Source of the DNA: Octopus vulgaris
Taxonomy: Eukaryota
DNA: 64,000 bases
Direction: 5' to 3'
Assembly: GCA_951406725.2 (NCBI GenBank)
Contig: OX597837.1
Location: forward strand, 47,492,001-47,556,000
Shown here: positions 1-11,622 of the stretch, in pieces
How positions within the stretch are numbered: position 1 is the stretch's first letter
Layout of the letters: each line of letters opens with the position of its first letter
Notes under the pieces: generated by a model
The model's input: only the letters and a program-made list of their open reading frames with translations
The model's database searches: none
Told to the model about the DNA's origin: nothing
Position numbers and translations under genes: made by a program

Positions 1-31
1 GAGAAGATGTTGCAGAGACTAAAACACTTAC

Positions 32-3000
32 CTGTTGTCGTTGGTTCTTCAGTTGTGACTGTTGTTGTTGGTTCTTCAGTTGTTACTGTTGTTGTTGGTT
101 CTTCAGTTGTGACTGTTGTCGTTGGTGCTGCGCTGCTGCTACTGCTTGGTTGTTCCGTTGTTGTTGTTGTTGTCGGTGGTTGCTCAGTTATTGCATTTGT
201 TGGTCTCACATTTGCTGTTCTTGATTGACCAATTGTTGTTGTTGGTTCTTCAGTTGTGACTGTTGTTGTTGGTCCTTCAGTTGTGACTGTTGTTGTTGGT
301 CCTTCAGTTGTGACTGTCGTTGTTCGTCCTTCAGTTGTGACTGTCGTTGTTGGTTCTTCAGTTATGACTGTTGTTGTTGGTTCTTCAGTTGTGACTGTTG
401 TTGTTGGTTCTTCAGTTGTGACTGTTGTTGTTGGTCCTTCAGTTGTGACTGTTGTTGTTGGTCCTTCAGTTGTGACTGTTGTTGTTGGTTCTTCAGTTGT
501 GGCTGCTGTTGTTAGTTCTTCAGTTGTGACTGTTGTTGGTTCTTCAGTTGTGACTGTTGTTGGTTCTTCAGTTGTGACTGTTGTTGGTTCTTCAGTTGTT
601 ACTGTTGTTGTTGGTCCTTCAGTTGTTACTGTTGTTGTTGGTTCTTCACTTGTGGCTGTTGTTGTTGGTCCTTCAGTTGTGACTGTCGTTGATTCTTCAG
701 TTGTGGCTGCTGTTGTTGATTCTTCAGTTGTGACTGTTGTTGGTTCTTCAGTTGTTACTGTTGTTGTTGGTTCTTCAGTTGTTACTGTTGTTGTTGGTTC
801 TTCAGTTGTGGCTGTTGTTGTTGGTTCTTCAGTTGTGACTGTTGTTGTTGGTTCTTCACTTGTGGCTGTTGTTGTTGGTCCTTCAGCTGTGACTGTCGTT
901 GGTTCTTCAGTTGTGACTGTTGTTGGTTCTTCAGTTGTGACTGTTGTTGTTGGTTCTTCAGTTGTGACTGTTGTTGTTGGTCCCTCAGTTGAAACTGTTG
1001 TTGTTGGTTCTTCAGTTGTTACAGTTGTTGTTGGTTCTTCAGTTGTGGCTGCTGTTGTTGGTTCTTCTATTGTGACTGTTGTTGTTGGTTCTTCAGTTAT
1101 GGCTGTTGTTGTTGGTTCTTCAGTTGTGGCTGTTGTTCTTAGTTCTTCTATTGTGACTGCTGTTGATGATTCTTCAGTTGCGACTGCTGTTGATGATTCT
1201 TCAATTGTAACTGTTGTTGTTGGTTCTTCAGTTGTGACTGTTGTTGTTGGCTCTTCATTTGTGACAGTTGTAGTTGGTTCTTCAGTTGTGACTGTTGTTG
1301 TTGGTTCTTCAGTTGTGACTGTCGTTGTTCGTCCTTCAGTTGTGACTGTCGTTGTTGGTTCTTCAGTTATGACTGTTGTTGTTGGTTCTTCAGTTGTGAC
1401 TGTTGTTGTTGGTTCTTCAGTTGTGACTGTTGTTGTTGGTCCTTCAGTTGTGACTGTTGTTGTTGGTCCTTCAGTTGTGACTGTTGTTGTTGGTTCTTCA
1501 GTTGTGGCTGCTGTTGTTAGTTCTTCAGTTGTGACTGTTGTTGGTTCTTCAGTTGTGACTGTTGTTGGTTCTTCAGTTGTGACTGTTGTTGGTTCTTCAG
1601 TTGTTACTGTTGTTGTTGGTCCTTCAGTTGTTACTGTTGTTGTTGGTTCTTCACTTGTGGCTGTTGTTGTTGGTCCTTCAGTTGTGACTGTCGTTGATTC
1701 TTCAGTTGTGGCTGCTGTTGTTGATTCTTCAGTTGTGACTGTTGTTGGTTCTTCAGTTGTTACTGTTGTTGTTGGTTCTTCAGTTGTTACTGTTGTTGTT
1801 GGTTCTTCAGTTGTGGCTGTTGTTGTTGGTTCTTCAGTTGTGACTGTTGTTGTTGGTTCTTCACTTCTGGCTGTTGTTGTTGGTCCTTCAGCTGTGACTG
1901 TCGTTGGTTCTTCAGTTGTGACTGTTGTTGGTTCTTCAGTTGTGACTGTTGTTGTTGGTTCTTCAGTTGTGACTGTTGTTGTTGGTCCCTCAGTTGAAAC
2001 TGTTGTTGTTGGTTCTTCAGTTGTTACAGTTGTTGTTGGTTCTTCAGTTGTGGCTGCTGTTGTTGGTTCTTCTATTGTGACTGTTGTTGTTGGTTCTTCA
2101 GTTGTGGCTGTTGTTGTTGGTTCTTCAGTTGTGGCTGTTGTTCTTAGTTCTTCTATTGTGACTGCTGTTGATGATTCTTCAGTTGCGACTGCTGTTGATG
2201 ATTCTTCAATTGTAACTGTTGTTGTTGGTTCTTCAGTTGTGACTGTTGTTGTTGGCTCTTCATTTGTGACAGTTGTAGTTGGTTCTTCAGTTGTGACTGT
2301 TGTTGTTGGTTCTTCAGTTGTGACTGCTGTTGTCGGTTCTTCAGTTGTGACTGTTGTTGTTGGCTCTTCAGTTGTGACTGTTGTTGTTGGTTCTTCAGTT
2401 GTAACTGTTGCCGTTGGTTCTTCAGTTGTGACTGTTGTTGGTTCTTCAGTCGTAACAGTTGTTGTTGGTTCTTCAGCTGTGACTGTTGTTGAAGGTTCTT
2501 CAGTTGTGACTGTTGTTGTTGGTTCTTCAGTTGTAACTGTTGTTGTTGGCTCTTCAGTTGTGACTGTTGTTGGTTCTTCAGTTGCGACTGTTGTTGTTGG
2601 TTCTTCAGTTGTAACAGTTGTTGTTGGTTCTTCACTTGTGACTGTTGTTGTTGGTTCTTCAGCTGTGACTGTTGTTGTTGGATCTTCAGTTGAAACTGTT
2701 GTTGTTCGTTCTTCACTTGTGACTGTTGTTGTTGGTTCTTCAGTTGTGACTGTTGTTGTTGGATCTTCAGTTGTAACTGTTGTTGTTGGTTCTTCACTTG
2801 TGACAGTTGTTGTTGGTTCTTTAGCCTTCGGTGTTGTTATTGGTTCTTTAGCCTTTGGTGTTGTTATTGGTTCTTTACCCTTTGGTGTTGTTATTGGTTC
2901 TTTAGCCTTTGGTGTTGTTATTGGTTCTTTAGCCTTTTCTGTTGTTATTGGATCTTTAGCCTTTGGTGTTGTTATTGGATCTTTAGCCTTTGGTGTTGTT

Positions 3001-6000
3001 ATTGGTTCTTTAGCCTTTGGTGTTGTTATTGGTTCTTTAGCCTTTGGTGTTGTTATTGGTTCTTTAGCCTTTGGTGTTGTTATTGGTTCTTTAGACTTTG
3101 GTGTTGTTATTGTTTCTTTAGCCTTTGGTGTTGTTTTTGGTTCTTTAGCCTTTGGTGTTGTTGTTAGTTCTTTAGCCTTTGGTGTTGTTATTGGTTCTTT
3201 AGCCTTTGGTGTTGTTATTGGTTGTTTAGCCTTTGGTGTTGTTATTGGTTCTTTAGCCTTTGGTGTTGTTATTGGTTCTTTAGCCTTTGGTGTTGTTATT
3301 GGTTCTTTAGACTTTGGTGTTGTTATTGGTTCTTTAGCCTTTCGTGTTGTTATTGGTTCTTTAGCCTTTGGTGTTGTTATTGGTTCTTTAGCCTTTGGTG
3401 TTGTTTTTGGTTCTTTAGCCTTTGGTGTTGTTTTTGGTTCTTTAGCCTTTGGTGTTGTTTTTGGTTCTTTAGCCTTTGGTGTTGTTTTTGGTTCTTTAGC
3501 CTTTGGTGTTGTTTTTGGTTCTTTAGCCTTTGGTGTTGTTATTGGTTCTTTAGCCTTTGGTGTTGTTATTGGTTCTTTAGCCTTTGGTGTTGTTATTGGT
3601 TCTTTAGCCTTTGGTGTTGTTTTTGGTTCTTTAGCCTTTGGTGTTGTTATTGCTTCTTTAGCCTTTGGTGTTGTTATTGGTTCTTTAGCCTTTGGTGTTG
3701 TTTTTGGTTCTTTAGCCTTTGGTGTTGTTTTTGGTTCTTTAGCCTTTGGTGTTGTTTTTGGTTCTTTAGCCTTTGGTGTTGTTTTTGGTTCTTTAGCCTT
3801 TGGTGTTGTTTTTGGTTCTTTAGCCTTTGGTGTTGTTTTTGGTTCTTTAGCCTTTGGTGTTGTTTTTGGTTCTTTAGCCTTTGGTGTTGTTTTTGGTTCT
3901 TTAGCCTTTGGTGTTGTTATTGGTTCTTTAGCCTTTGGTGTTGTTTTTGGTTCTTTAGCCTTTGGTGTTGTTTTTGGTTCTTTAGCCTTTGGTGTTGTTT
4001 TTGGTTCTTTAGCCTTTGGTGTTGTTTTTTCTTTTGCCTTGTTCTTTAGCCTTTGGTGTTGTTTTTGGTTCTTTAGCCTTTGGTGTTGTTTTTGGTTCTT
4101 TAGCCTTTGGTGTTGTTTTGGTGTTGTTATTGGTTCTTTAGCCTTTGGTGTTGTTATTGGTTCTTTAGCCTTTGGTGTTGTTTTTGGTTCTTTAGCCTTT
4201 GGTGTTGTTTTTGGTTCTTTAGCCTTTGGTGTTGTTTTTGGTTCTTTAGCCTTGTTGTTTTTGGTTCTTTAGCCTTGGTGTTGTTTTTGGTTCTTTAGCC
4301 TTTGGTGTTGTTATTGGTTCTTTAGCCTTTGGTGTTGTTATTGGTTCTTTAGCCTTTGGTGTTGTTATTGGTTCTTTAGCCTTTGGTGTTGTTTTTGGTT
4401 CTTTAGCCTTTGGTGTTGTTTTTGGTTCTTTAGCCTTTGGTGTTGTTATTGGTTCTTTAGCCTTTGGTGTTGTTTTTTGGTGTTGGTTCTTTAGCCTTTG
4501 GTGTTGTTTTTGGTTCTTTAGCCTTTGGTGTTGTTTTTGGTTCTTTAGCCTTTGGTGTTGTTTTGGTTCTTTAGCCTTTGGTGTTGTTTTTGGTTCTTTA
4601 GCCTTTGGTGTTGTTTTTGGTTCTTTAGCCTTTGGTGTTGTTATTGGTTCTTTAGCCTTTGGTGTTGTTTTTGGTTCTTTAGCCTTTGGTGTTGTTTTTT
4701 TAGCCTTTGGTGTTGTTTTGGTTCTTTAGCCTTTGGTGTTGTTTTTGGTTCTTTAGCCTTTGGTGTTGTTTTGGTTCTTTAGCCTTTGGTGTTGTTTTTG
4801 GTTCTTTAGCCTTTGGTGTTGTTATTGGTTCTTTAGCCTTTGGTGGTGGTTTTGTTTTTTTTGGTTCTTTAGCCTTTGGTGTTGTTTTTGGTTCTTTAGC
4901 CTTTGGTGTTGTTTTTGGTTCTTTAGCCTTTGGTGTTGTTCTTTAGTGTTGTTTTTGGTTCTTTAGCCTTTGGTGTTGTTATTGGTTCTTTAGCCTTTGG
5001 TGTTGTTGTTGGTTCTTTAGCCTTTGGTGTTGTTATTGGTTCTTTAGCCTTTGGTGTTGTTATTGGTTCTTTAGCCTTTGGTGTTGTTTTTGGTTCTTTA
5101 GCCTTTGGTGTTGTTTTTGGTTCTTTAGCCTTTGGTGTTGTTATTGGTTCTTTAGCCTTTGGTGTTGTTTTTGGTTCTTTAGTTTGGTTGGTTCTTTAGC
5201 CTTTGGTGTTGTTATTGGTTCTTTAGCCTTTGGTGTTGTTTTTGGTTCTTTAGCCTTTGGTGTTGTTTTTGGTTCTTTAGCCTTTGGTGTTGTTTTTGGT
5301 TCTTTAGCCTTTGGTGTTGTTTTTGGTTCTTTAGCCTTTGGTGTTGTTTTTGGTTCTTTAGCCTTTGGTGTTGTTTTTGGTTCTTTAGCCTTTGGTGTTG
5401 TTTTTGGTTCTTTAGGCTTTGGTGTTGTTATTGGTTCTTTAGCCTTTGGTGTTGTTTTTGGTTCTTTAGCCTTGGTGTTGTTTTTGGTTCTTTAGCCTTT
5501 GGTGTTGTTTTTGGTTCTTTAGCCTTTGGTGTTGTTTTTGGTTCTTTAGCCTTTGGTGTTGTTTTTGGTTCTTTAGCCTTTGGTGTTGTTTTGGTTCTTT
5601 AGCCTTTGGTGTTGTTATTGGTTCTTTAGCCTTTGGTGTTGTTATTGGTTCTTTAGCCTTTGGTGTTGTTATTGGTTCTTTAGCCTTTGGTGTTGTTTTT
5701 GGTTCTTTAGCCTTTGGTGTTGTTTTTGGTTCTTTAGCCTTTGGTGTTGTTATTGGTTCTTTAGCCTTTGGTGTTGTTTTTGGTTCTTTAGCCTTTGGTG
5801 TTGTTTTTGGTTCTTTAGCCTTTGGTGTTGTTTTTGGTTCTTTAGCCTTTGGTGTTGTTTTTGGTTCTTTAGCCTTTGGTGTTGTTTTTGGTTCTTTAGC
5901 CTTTGGTGTTGTTTTTGGTTCTTTAGCCTTTGGTGTTGTTATTGGTTCTTTAGCCTTTGGTGTTGTTTTTGGTTCTTTAGCCTTTGGTGTTGTTATTGGT

Positions 6001-7994
6001 TCTTTAGCCTTTGGTGTTGTTTTTGGTTCTTTAGCCTTTGGTGTTGTTTTTGGTTCTTTAGCCTTTGGTGTTGTTTTTGGTTCTTTAGCCTTTGGTGTTG
6101 TTTTTGGTTCTTTAGCCTTTGGTGTTGTTTTTGGTTCTTTAGCCTTTGGTGTTGTTATTGGTTCTTTAGCCTTTGGTGTTGTTATTGGTTCTTTAGCCTT
6201 TGGTGTTGTTATTGGTTCTTTAGCCTTTGGTGTTGTTTTTGGTTCTTTAGCCTTTGGTGTTGTTTTTTGGTTCTTTAGCCTTTGGTGTTGTTTTTGGTTC
6301 TTTAGCCTTTGGTGTTGTTATTGGTTCTTTAGCCTTTGGTGTTGTTGGTTCTTTAGCCTTTGGTGTTGTTTTTTGGTTCTTTAGCCTTTGGTGTTGTTTT
6401 TGGTTCTTTAGCCTTTGGTGTTGTTTTTGGTTCTTTAGCCTTTGGTGTTGTTTTTGGTTCTTTAGCCTTTGGTGTTGTTTTTGGTTCTTTAGCCTTTGGT
6501 GTTGTTTTTGGTTCTTTAGCCTTTGGTGTTGTTTTTGGTTCTTTAGCCTTTGGTGTTGTTATTGGTTCTTTAGCCTTTGGTGTTGTTTTTGGTTCTTTAT
6601 CCTTTGGTGTTGTTTTTGGTTCTTTAGCCTTTGGTGTTGTTTTTGGTTCTTTAGCCTTTGGTGTTGTTTTTTGGTTCTTTAGCCTTTGGTGTTGTTTTTA
6701 GTTCTTTAGCCTTTGGTGTTGTTTTTGGTTCTTTAGCCTTTGGTGTTGTTATTGGTTCTTTAGCCTTTGGTGTTGTTTTTGGTTCTTTAGCCTTTGGTGT
6801 TGTTATTGGTTCTTTAGCCTTTGGTGTTGTTTTTGGTTCTTTAGCCTTTGGTGTTGTTTTTGATTCTTTAGCCTTTGGTGTTGTTTTTGGTTCTTTAGCC
6901 TTTGGTGTTGTTTTTGGTTCTTTAGCCTTTGGTGTTGTTATTGGTTCTTTAGCCTTTGGTGTTGTTATTGGTTCTTTAGCCTTTGGTGTGGTGTTATTGG
7001 TTCTTTAGCCTTTGGTGTTGTTATTGGTTCTTTAGACTTGGTGTTGTTGTTGGTTCTTTTGTGCTGTTGTTGTTGGTTCTTTAGCTTGTGTTGTTTTGGT
7101 CTTAGCTTGGTGTTGTTATTGGTTCTTTACTTTGGTGTTGTTATTGGTTCTTTAGTTTGTGTTGTTTTGGTCTTAGTTTTGTTGTTGTTGGTTCTTACTT
7201 TGGTGTTTGTTTTGGTTCTTTAGCCTTTGGTGTTGTTATTGGTTCTTTAGCCTTTGGTGTTGTTATTGGTTCTTTAGCCTTTGGTGTTGTTTTGGTTCTT
7301 TAGCTGTTGTTATTGGTTCTTTAGCCTTTGGTGTTGTTATTGGTTCTTTAGCCTTTGGTGTTGTTTTTGGTTCTTTAGCCTTTGGTGTTGTTATTGGTTC
7401 TTTAGCTTTGGTGTTGTTTTGGTTCTTTAGCCTTTGGTGTTGTTATTGGTTCTTTAGCCTTTGGTGTTGTTATTGGTTCTTTAGCCTTTGGTGTTGTTAT
7501 TGGTTCTTTAGCCTTTGGTGTTGTTATTGGTTCTTTAGCCTTTGGTGTTGTTATTGGTTCTTTAGACTTTGGTGTTGTTATTGGTTCTTTAGCCTTTGGT
7601 GTTGTTTTTGGTTCTTTAGCCTTTGGTGTTGTTATTGGTTCTTTAGCCTTTGGTGTTGTTTTTGGTTCTTTAGCCTTTACTGTTGTTGTTGTTCCTTTGG
7701 TTGTTACTCTTGTTGTTTCTGGTTCCTTGGTTTTTCGTGTTGTTGTAGGTTTTTCAACCTTTGCTGTTGTTGGTACTGTTGTTACTGAAGTTGTTGGTTG
7801 TTCAGTTGTTGCTTCTGTTCCTGTTTGATCTCTGGTTGCTCTCCCTGGTGTTGGCTTGTTTGTCTTTTTTTCTTGTTCTCTTGTTGTTTTTTGTTCACTT
7901 GTTTTTGTGTCTTTTACTCTTGTTGTTCCTAGTGCAGTTGCTTTCGTTGGTCGTGTAGTTGTTGTTCTTGTCTCTCTACTTGAATTGTCTTTTC
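32..7994 (-). CDS. Giant mucin (PTS) exon of a type II transmembrane SEA-domain mucin-like gene; gene continues beyond window start
   Basis: Acceptor tttgttcctattctAG (AG at 7996-7995) and donor GTaagtg (31-30), phase 1 to phase 1. Reads (G)KDNSSRETRTTTTRPTKATALGTTRVKDTKTSEQKTT..., then KEP(K/I)TTPKA repeats (about 7680-2821), then EEPTTTVTT repeats (about 2820-235), a short unique Thr/Ser stretch and 3 more repeats. Indels in about 4030-7420 break the frame and the length (7963) is not a multiple of 3, probably assembly error in T homopolymers. Confidence 0.88.
235..2820 (-). repeat. Coding 27/24-bp tandem repeat, anionic block (EEPTTTVTT)
   Basis: Plus-strand unit ggttcttcagttgtgactgttgttgtt with 24-bp variants. 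Contains a 1005-bp in-frame internal duplication (316 vs 1321). Confidence 0.95.
2821..7680 (-). repeat. Coding 27-bp tandem repeat, cationic block (KEP[K/I]TTPKA)
   Basis: Plus-strand unit ggttctttagcctttggtgttgtt(a/t)tt, about 180 copies. Confidence 0.95.
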
Positions 7995-8349
7995 CTAGAA
8001 TAGGAACAAATTCAGAAACTTAATTGATATATTTTGTGTCTCTACGTTTGTGTTTTTCCCCTATATTTTACTATTCTCCATAATAATTCTACCTTCTGTA
8101 TCTTTGCTCTACGTTAAGGAAGATATTTTATGCACTTTTTGCATTGTATCCCCTTGCTTACCTATACCATGTAGGCGTACTTTGTAGCAGGGACTGTTTC
8201 CAGTTCGTTTTATTTCCATATATACGCATTATATGTGTGTTTGCGTGTGTATGCGTGTTTATGTATGTTTGTGTGTTTGCCTGTGTGTATAGATCGATAA
8301 ATAAATATAGATAGTTATACATTCATTTACGTAGACAAGCAAACACATG

Positions 8350-8362
8350 GATAGATAGTTAA

Positions 8363-8460
<98 letters not shown>
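8350..8460. repeat. (TAGA)n microsatellite
   Basis: Direct reading. Confidence 0.95.
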
Positions 8461-8599
8461 TGACAGACAGTCAGACACGCAGACAGACGGGCAAACAGAG
8501 AGACAGATGTGCTTTCGGAACATGAATGTAATTTTTAAGTTCACCATGCAAAAACGCTACAGAATCTTATGTCATGGCGTCAGAATACTTACTGATAAA

Positions 8600-9105
8600 C
8601 TTGTATGAACCGAGCATCTTTTTCGATTTTCCAGTGGACCACGAGGGCAGGCAATTTAAATGAACCGAGAAGCTCATGATTATCCTCTTTTTCCACAATT
8701 ATGGCATCATGTACATCCATTTTCTTCTCACTGGCGAGACGTTCACCAAAGAGTGATTTGTGTAGCTTTTCAAGACTTTCAGGAAATAACTTCATCGTTC
8801 AAAGCCCGGGCTCTTCCACTCGTTTAGGTGGCAACTACACTAAGACAATGTACTAGTCAACAATTCCAACCTACTAACCAACTTCTTGACAGAGATGAGC
8901 ATCAAAACTTCGCTCAACGTCTACCACGATCGCCAAGCTGAAGGAGGATCTCAGGAGATACGCTTTGAAGGCGTACAAACATGGAAGGCTGTGACAAGTG
9001 TCCTGGATATTTTAACATTGGATTTCTATCGGCTCTTCAGGAATTGGCTGCAGCGCCACAAAGGGTGTATCGAACCTGGTGGGGGGGGCCCTACTTTGCA
9101 ATAGA
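8600..9105 (+). mobile_element. Degenerate mariner-type transposase fragment
   Basis: Interrupted frames KLMIILFFHNYGIMYIHFLLTGETFTKE and FYRLFRNWLQRHKGCIEPGG resemble the mariner catalytic domain and C-terminus. Confidence 0.6.
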
Positions 9106-9621
9106 TTATACTATATGTACTTGTTTGAAATTTATATATGTTAGAAAGTGTTTCAAAACTTCTTTAATGCACCTCGTGTGTATATATATATATATGCATG
9201 CATGTATGTATGTATGTATGTATGTATGTATGTATGTATGTATGTATGTATGTATGTATGTATAGTTGAAATTTACAGAGAGACAAAAGACGAAGACTGG
9301 TGTATGAACTACAAGCATGTGCATTAGTTTGATGCTCGGGAATGTGATCAAGTCTCTTATGTTTCTTCAACAGAAAGTAATAAGAGAAAATAAACAGAGG
9401 GGAATAAAAATAAACTTGGGGATTTAGTGGTCAAGTATGGCGAATGGTTAGAAAAAAAGTTTTGACATGAGTGGTTGAAAGAAGGGGAGATAATAAAGTA
9501 TTGGTGATCTCAAAATGGAGGTGTGCGTGTGTGCGTTTATGTGAGACTGTGTAAGAGTGTGGTTAGGAGCAACTGGCTTTGACGTGTGTGAATGTCTGCG
9601 TGTATAAATGTGTGCCTCTGT

Positions 9622-9675
<54 letters not shown>

Positions 9676-10302
9676 ATGATGTGTGAGTGTGCGGATGATG
9701 ATGTGTGGTATGGTTTCTGGGAAGTGGTCAGTGCTAGTGTGTGTGGAGAGGTGTAGGATGGTGTGATGTGATGTGGTGGTGTGGGATGTGGTGGGGTGTG
9801 GTGAGCTGGAGTGTGTTCAGTGTTTTGTGGGGGGATGTGCGTATGGTGTGGGGGTGCAGATGGGGACGTGGGTGTGGGATGGAAGTATGGGTAGGATTGT
9901 AGGATATATACATATATATATTTATAATTTAAAAATAAGATAAAATCTTCATAAGAATTTATCAAGTAGTTAGCGTGAAAAACCTCATAAGAGAAAAATC
10001 CTTTATTTTAGTAGTTTTGACTTTAAAAGTCCCTCCTAGCGTGTGGCATTTATGTGTAATAATGCCCTCTATATAATATATATATTTATATGTATATGTT
10101 TTTAGGAATTAGAAACCTTAAATACCTTTGCGAGTATTGACCTAATTTAAGAGAGTAGGTAGCAAAAATTGCCTTACTGGCAACGGTAAAACGTTCAAGA
10201 GATGTAGCACTATTTTTTAGCAACGCTAATACCATACAAGAGAATAATTTCGGTTGAGCTTATACTCTATATTCAGATGATATCTGACCAACAGTAAAAT
10301 TA

Positions 10303-10387
10303 GACCCTGATGAAGTTGCACCGATAATTAAAACCAAGATACGCACTTCGCCATGTGCACTGGTGGCAGTGGAAACGTGCGTAGGTC
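10303..10387 (+). ncRNA. Type I hammerhead ribozyme-like motif with long stem II
   Basis: GACC-CTGATGA-(ttgc-acc...ggt-g-gcag imperfect stem II)-GAAA-CGTGCG-TA-GGTC. Stem I GACC/GGTC, near-palindromic stem III, GUA cleavage triplet. Confidence 0.55.
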
Positions 10388-10439
10388 CTGACAAAGAAAC
10401 ATGTGATTACTATTTTCTACTTTGGGGATGAGGAATTAT

Positions 10440-10908
10440 ATACATCATTTACAATGGACCGCTTTGTCTTCTCGTCTTGTTTGTTCTTATCACAGCGTTT
10501 CGGCTGATGTACTCTCCAGTCTTCATCGGGTGTTCTGGTGGAATTTCGAATCCAACCTTTTATTTGACTAACGGGGTACACTTTTCTCATTCCTACGGTA
10601 TGTTGCTGATGTTATCTTTCTGTTGATATAATTTTTCAATTCCCTGCCGGGGTTTGTACTTAGAATCCGAGGGTTAGTAGCCCGCGCTCTAAGTTCAATC
10701 CCAGGCAGGGAGGTGAAAAATAATATCAGAAAGATAACATCAGCAATATACATTAGGAATAAGAGCAGTGTACCCCATTAATCAAATAAAGGGTTGGGTT
10801 CGAAATTCCAGTAGAACACCTGATGAAGGCTGGAGAGTACATCAGCCGAAACGTTGTGATAAGAACAAACAAGGTGAGGAGACCTATACGTCCATTGTAA
10901 ATAATTTA
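10440..10908. repeat. ~470-bp imperfect foldback (inverted repeat) element carrying hammerhead-like motifs in both arms
   Basis: 10440-10660 is the reverse complement of about 10690-10908, e.g. cttatcacagcgtttcggctgatgtactctccag / ctggagagtacatcagccgaaacgttgtgataag. Confidence 0.9.
10817..10858 (+). ncRNA. Minimal hammerhead-like motif (Penelope-associated type)
   Basis: CAC-CTGATGA-A-GGCTG(10 nt)CAGCC-GAAA-CG-TT-GTG, with palindromic AACGTT stem III. The mirror copy on the minus strand at 10491-10532 has a degenerate core (CCGATGA). Confidence 0.5.
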
Positions 10909-11050
10909 AGATGTCTTTAGCTGTATAATATAACTTGGATGTGTAAATCTCTGTTCTTCTGATCATTATTCATATATTATATACGTAACGGCGGTGCTCC
11001 AGCATGGTCACAGTCTCAAGGCAGAAACATATAAAAGAATAAAAGAATAC

Positions 11051-11128
<78 letters not shown>

Positions 11129-11199
11129 CTTACATACATACATACTCACACACACAGAGAAGATCTTGGAGTGTCTAGCACCTAAGTTTGAGACTGAAA

Positions 11200-11520
11200 A
11201 CTATCCCAATCCCTAAACTGGATGCCACTGCATAATACTAAGGATCCTGCTGTCTTCATCTAAAGTAAATACCAACTACTGTAATCGTTTAAGTTTCAAG
11301 GCCCATAGCTTTTCGATAGCTTACGGAAATCCCCCATAGATCTACGAGGTGTAGATAAAGGCTGTTTAGACAAATTTTAATCAGAAGTACCAACTCAGCC
11401 CACATCGCGACAAGAAACGCAAAGAATTTGTCCATGTCACTGCTTCTCTTGAACTAAGTTCGAAGTACTCGTAAAGTAGCAATCACACAAGTTGCGGTAC
11501 ACCAGTTATGGCCACATCTT
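11200..11520 (+). mobile_element. CR1-like LINE 3' remnant
   Basis: Degenerate SFKGP..FDSL...LRGVDKG..LDKF.SEVPTQPTSRQETQ, resembling a CR1 ORF2 C-terminus. Confidence 0.45.
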
Positions 11521-11622
11521 CTGGTTTAGGCCAATAAAAACATATTTTAGGTTTATACACGTCTGTATGTATTTGTTGTGTGTGGCTGTGCGTATAGAGG
11601 TGTAATTATATTACTTGGTTTT

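Noticed and set aside
2153-2797. Poly-Q-like ORF (KNQQQQSQL)n
   Set aside because: Alternative frame of the EEPTTTVTT repeat. The splice phase selects the Thr-rich frame.
256-4272. 1338-aa plus-strand ORF (VVGSSVVT / GSLAFGVV repeats) and the Cys/Trp-rich CCWFFSL ORFs
   Set aside because: Antisense shadows of the minus-strand mucin exon. Splice sites and domain context support only the minus strand.
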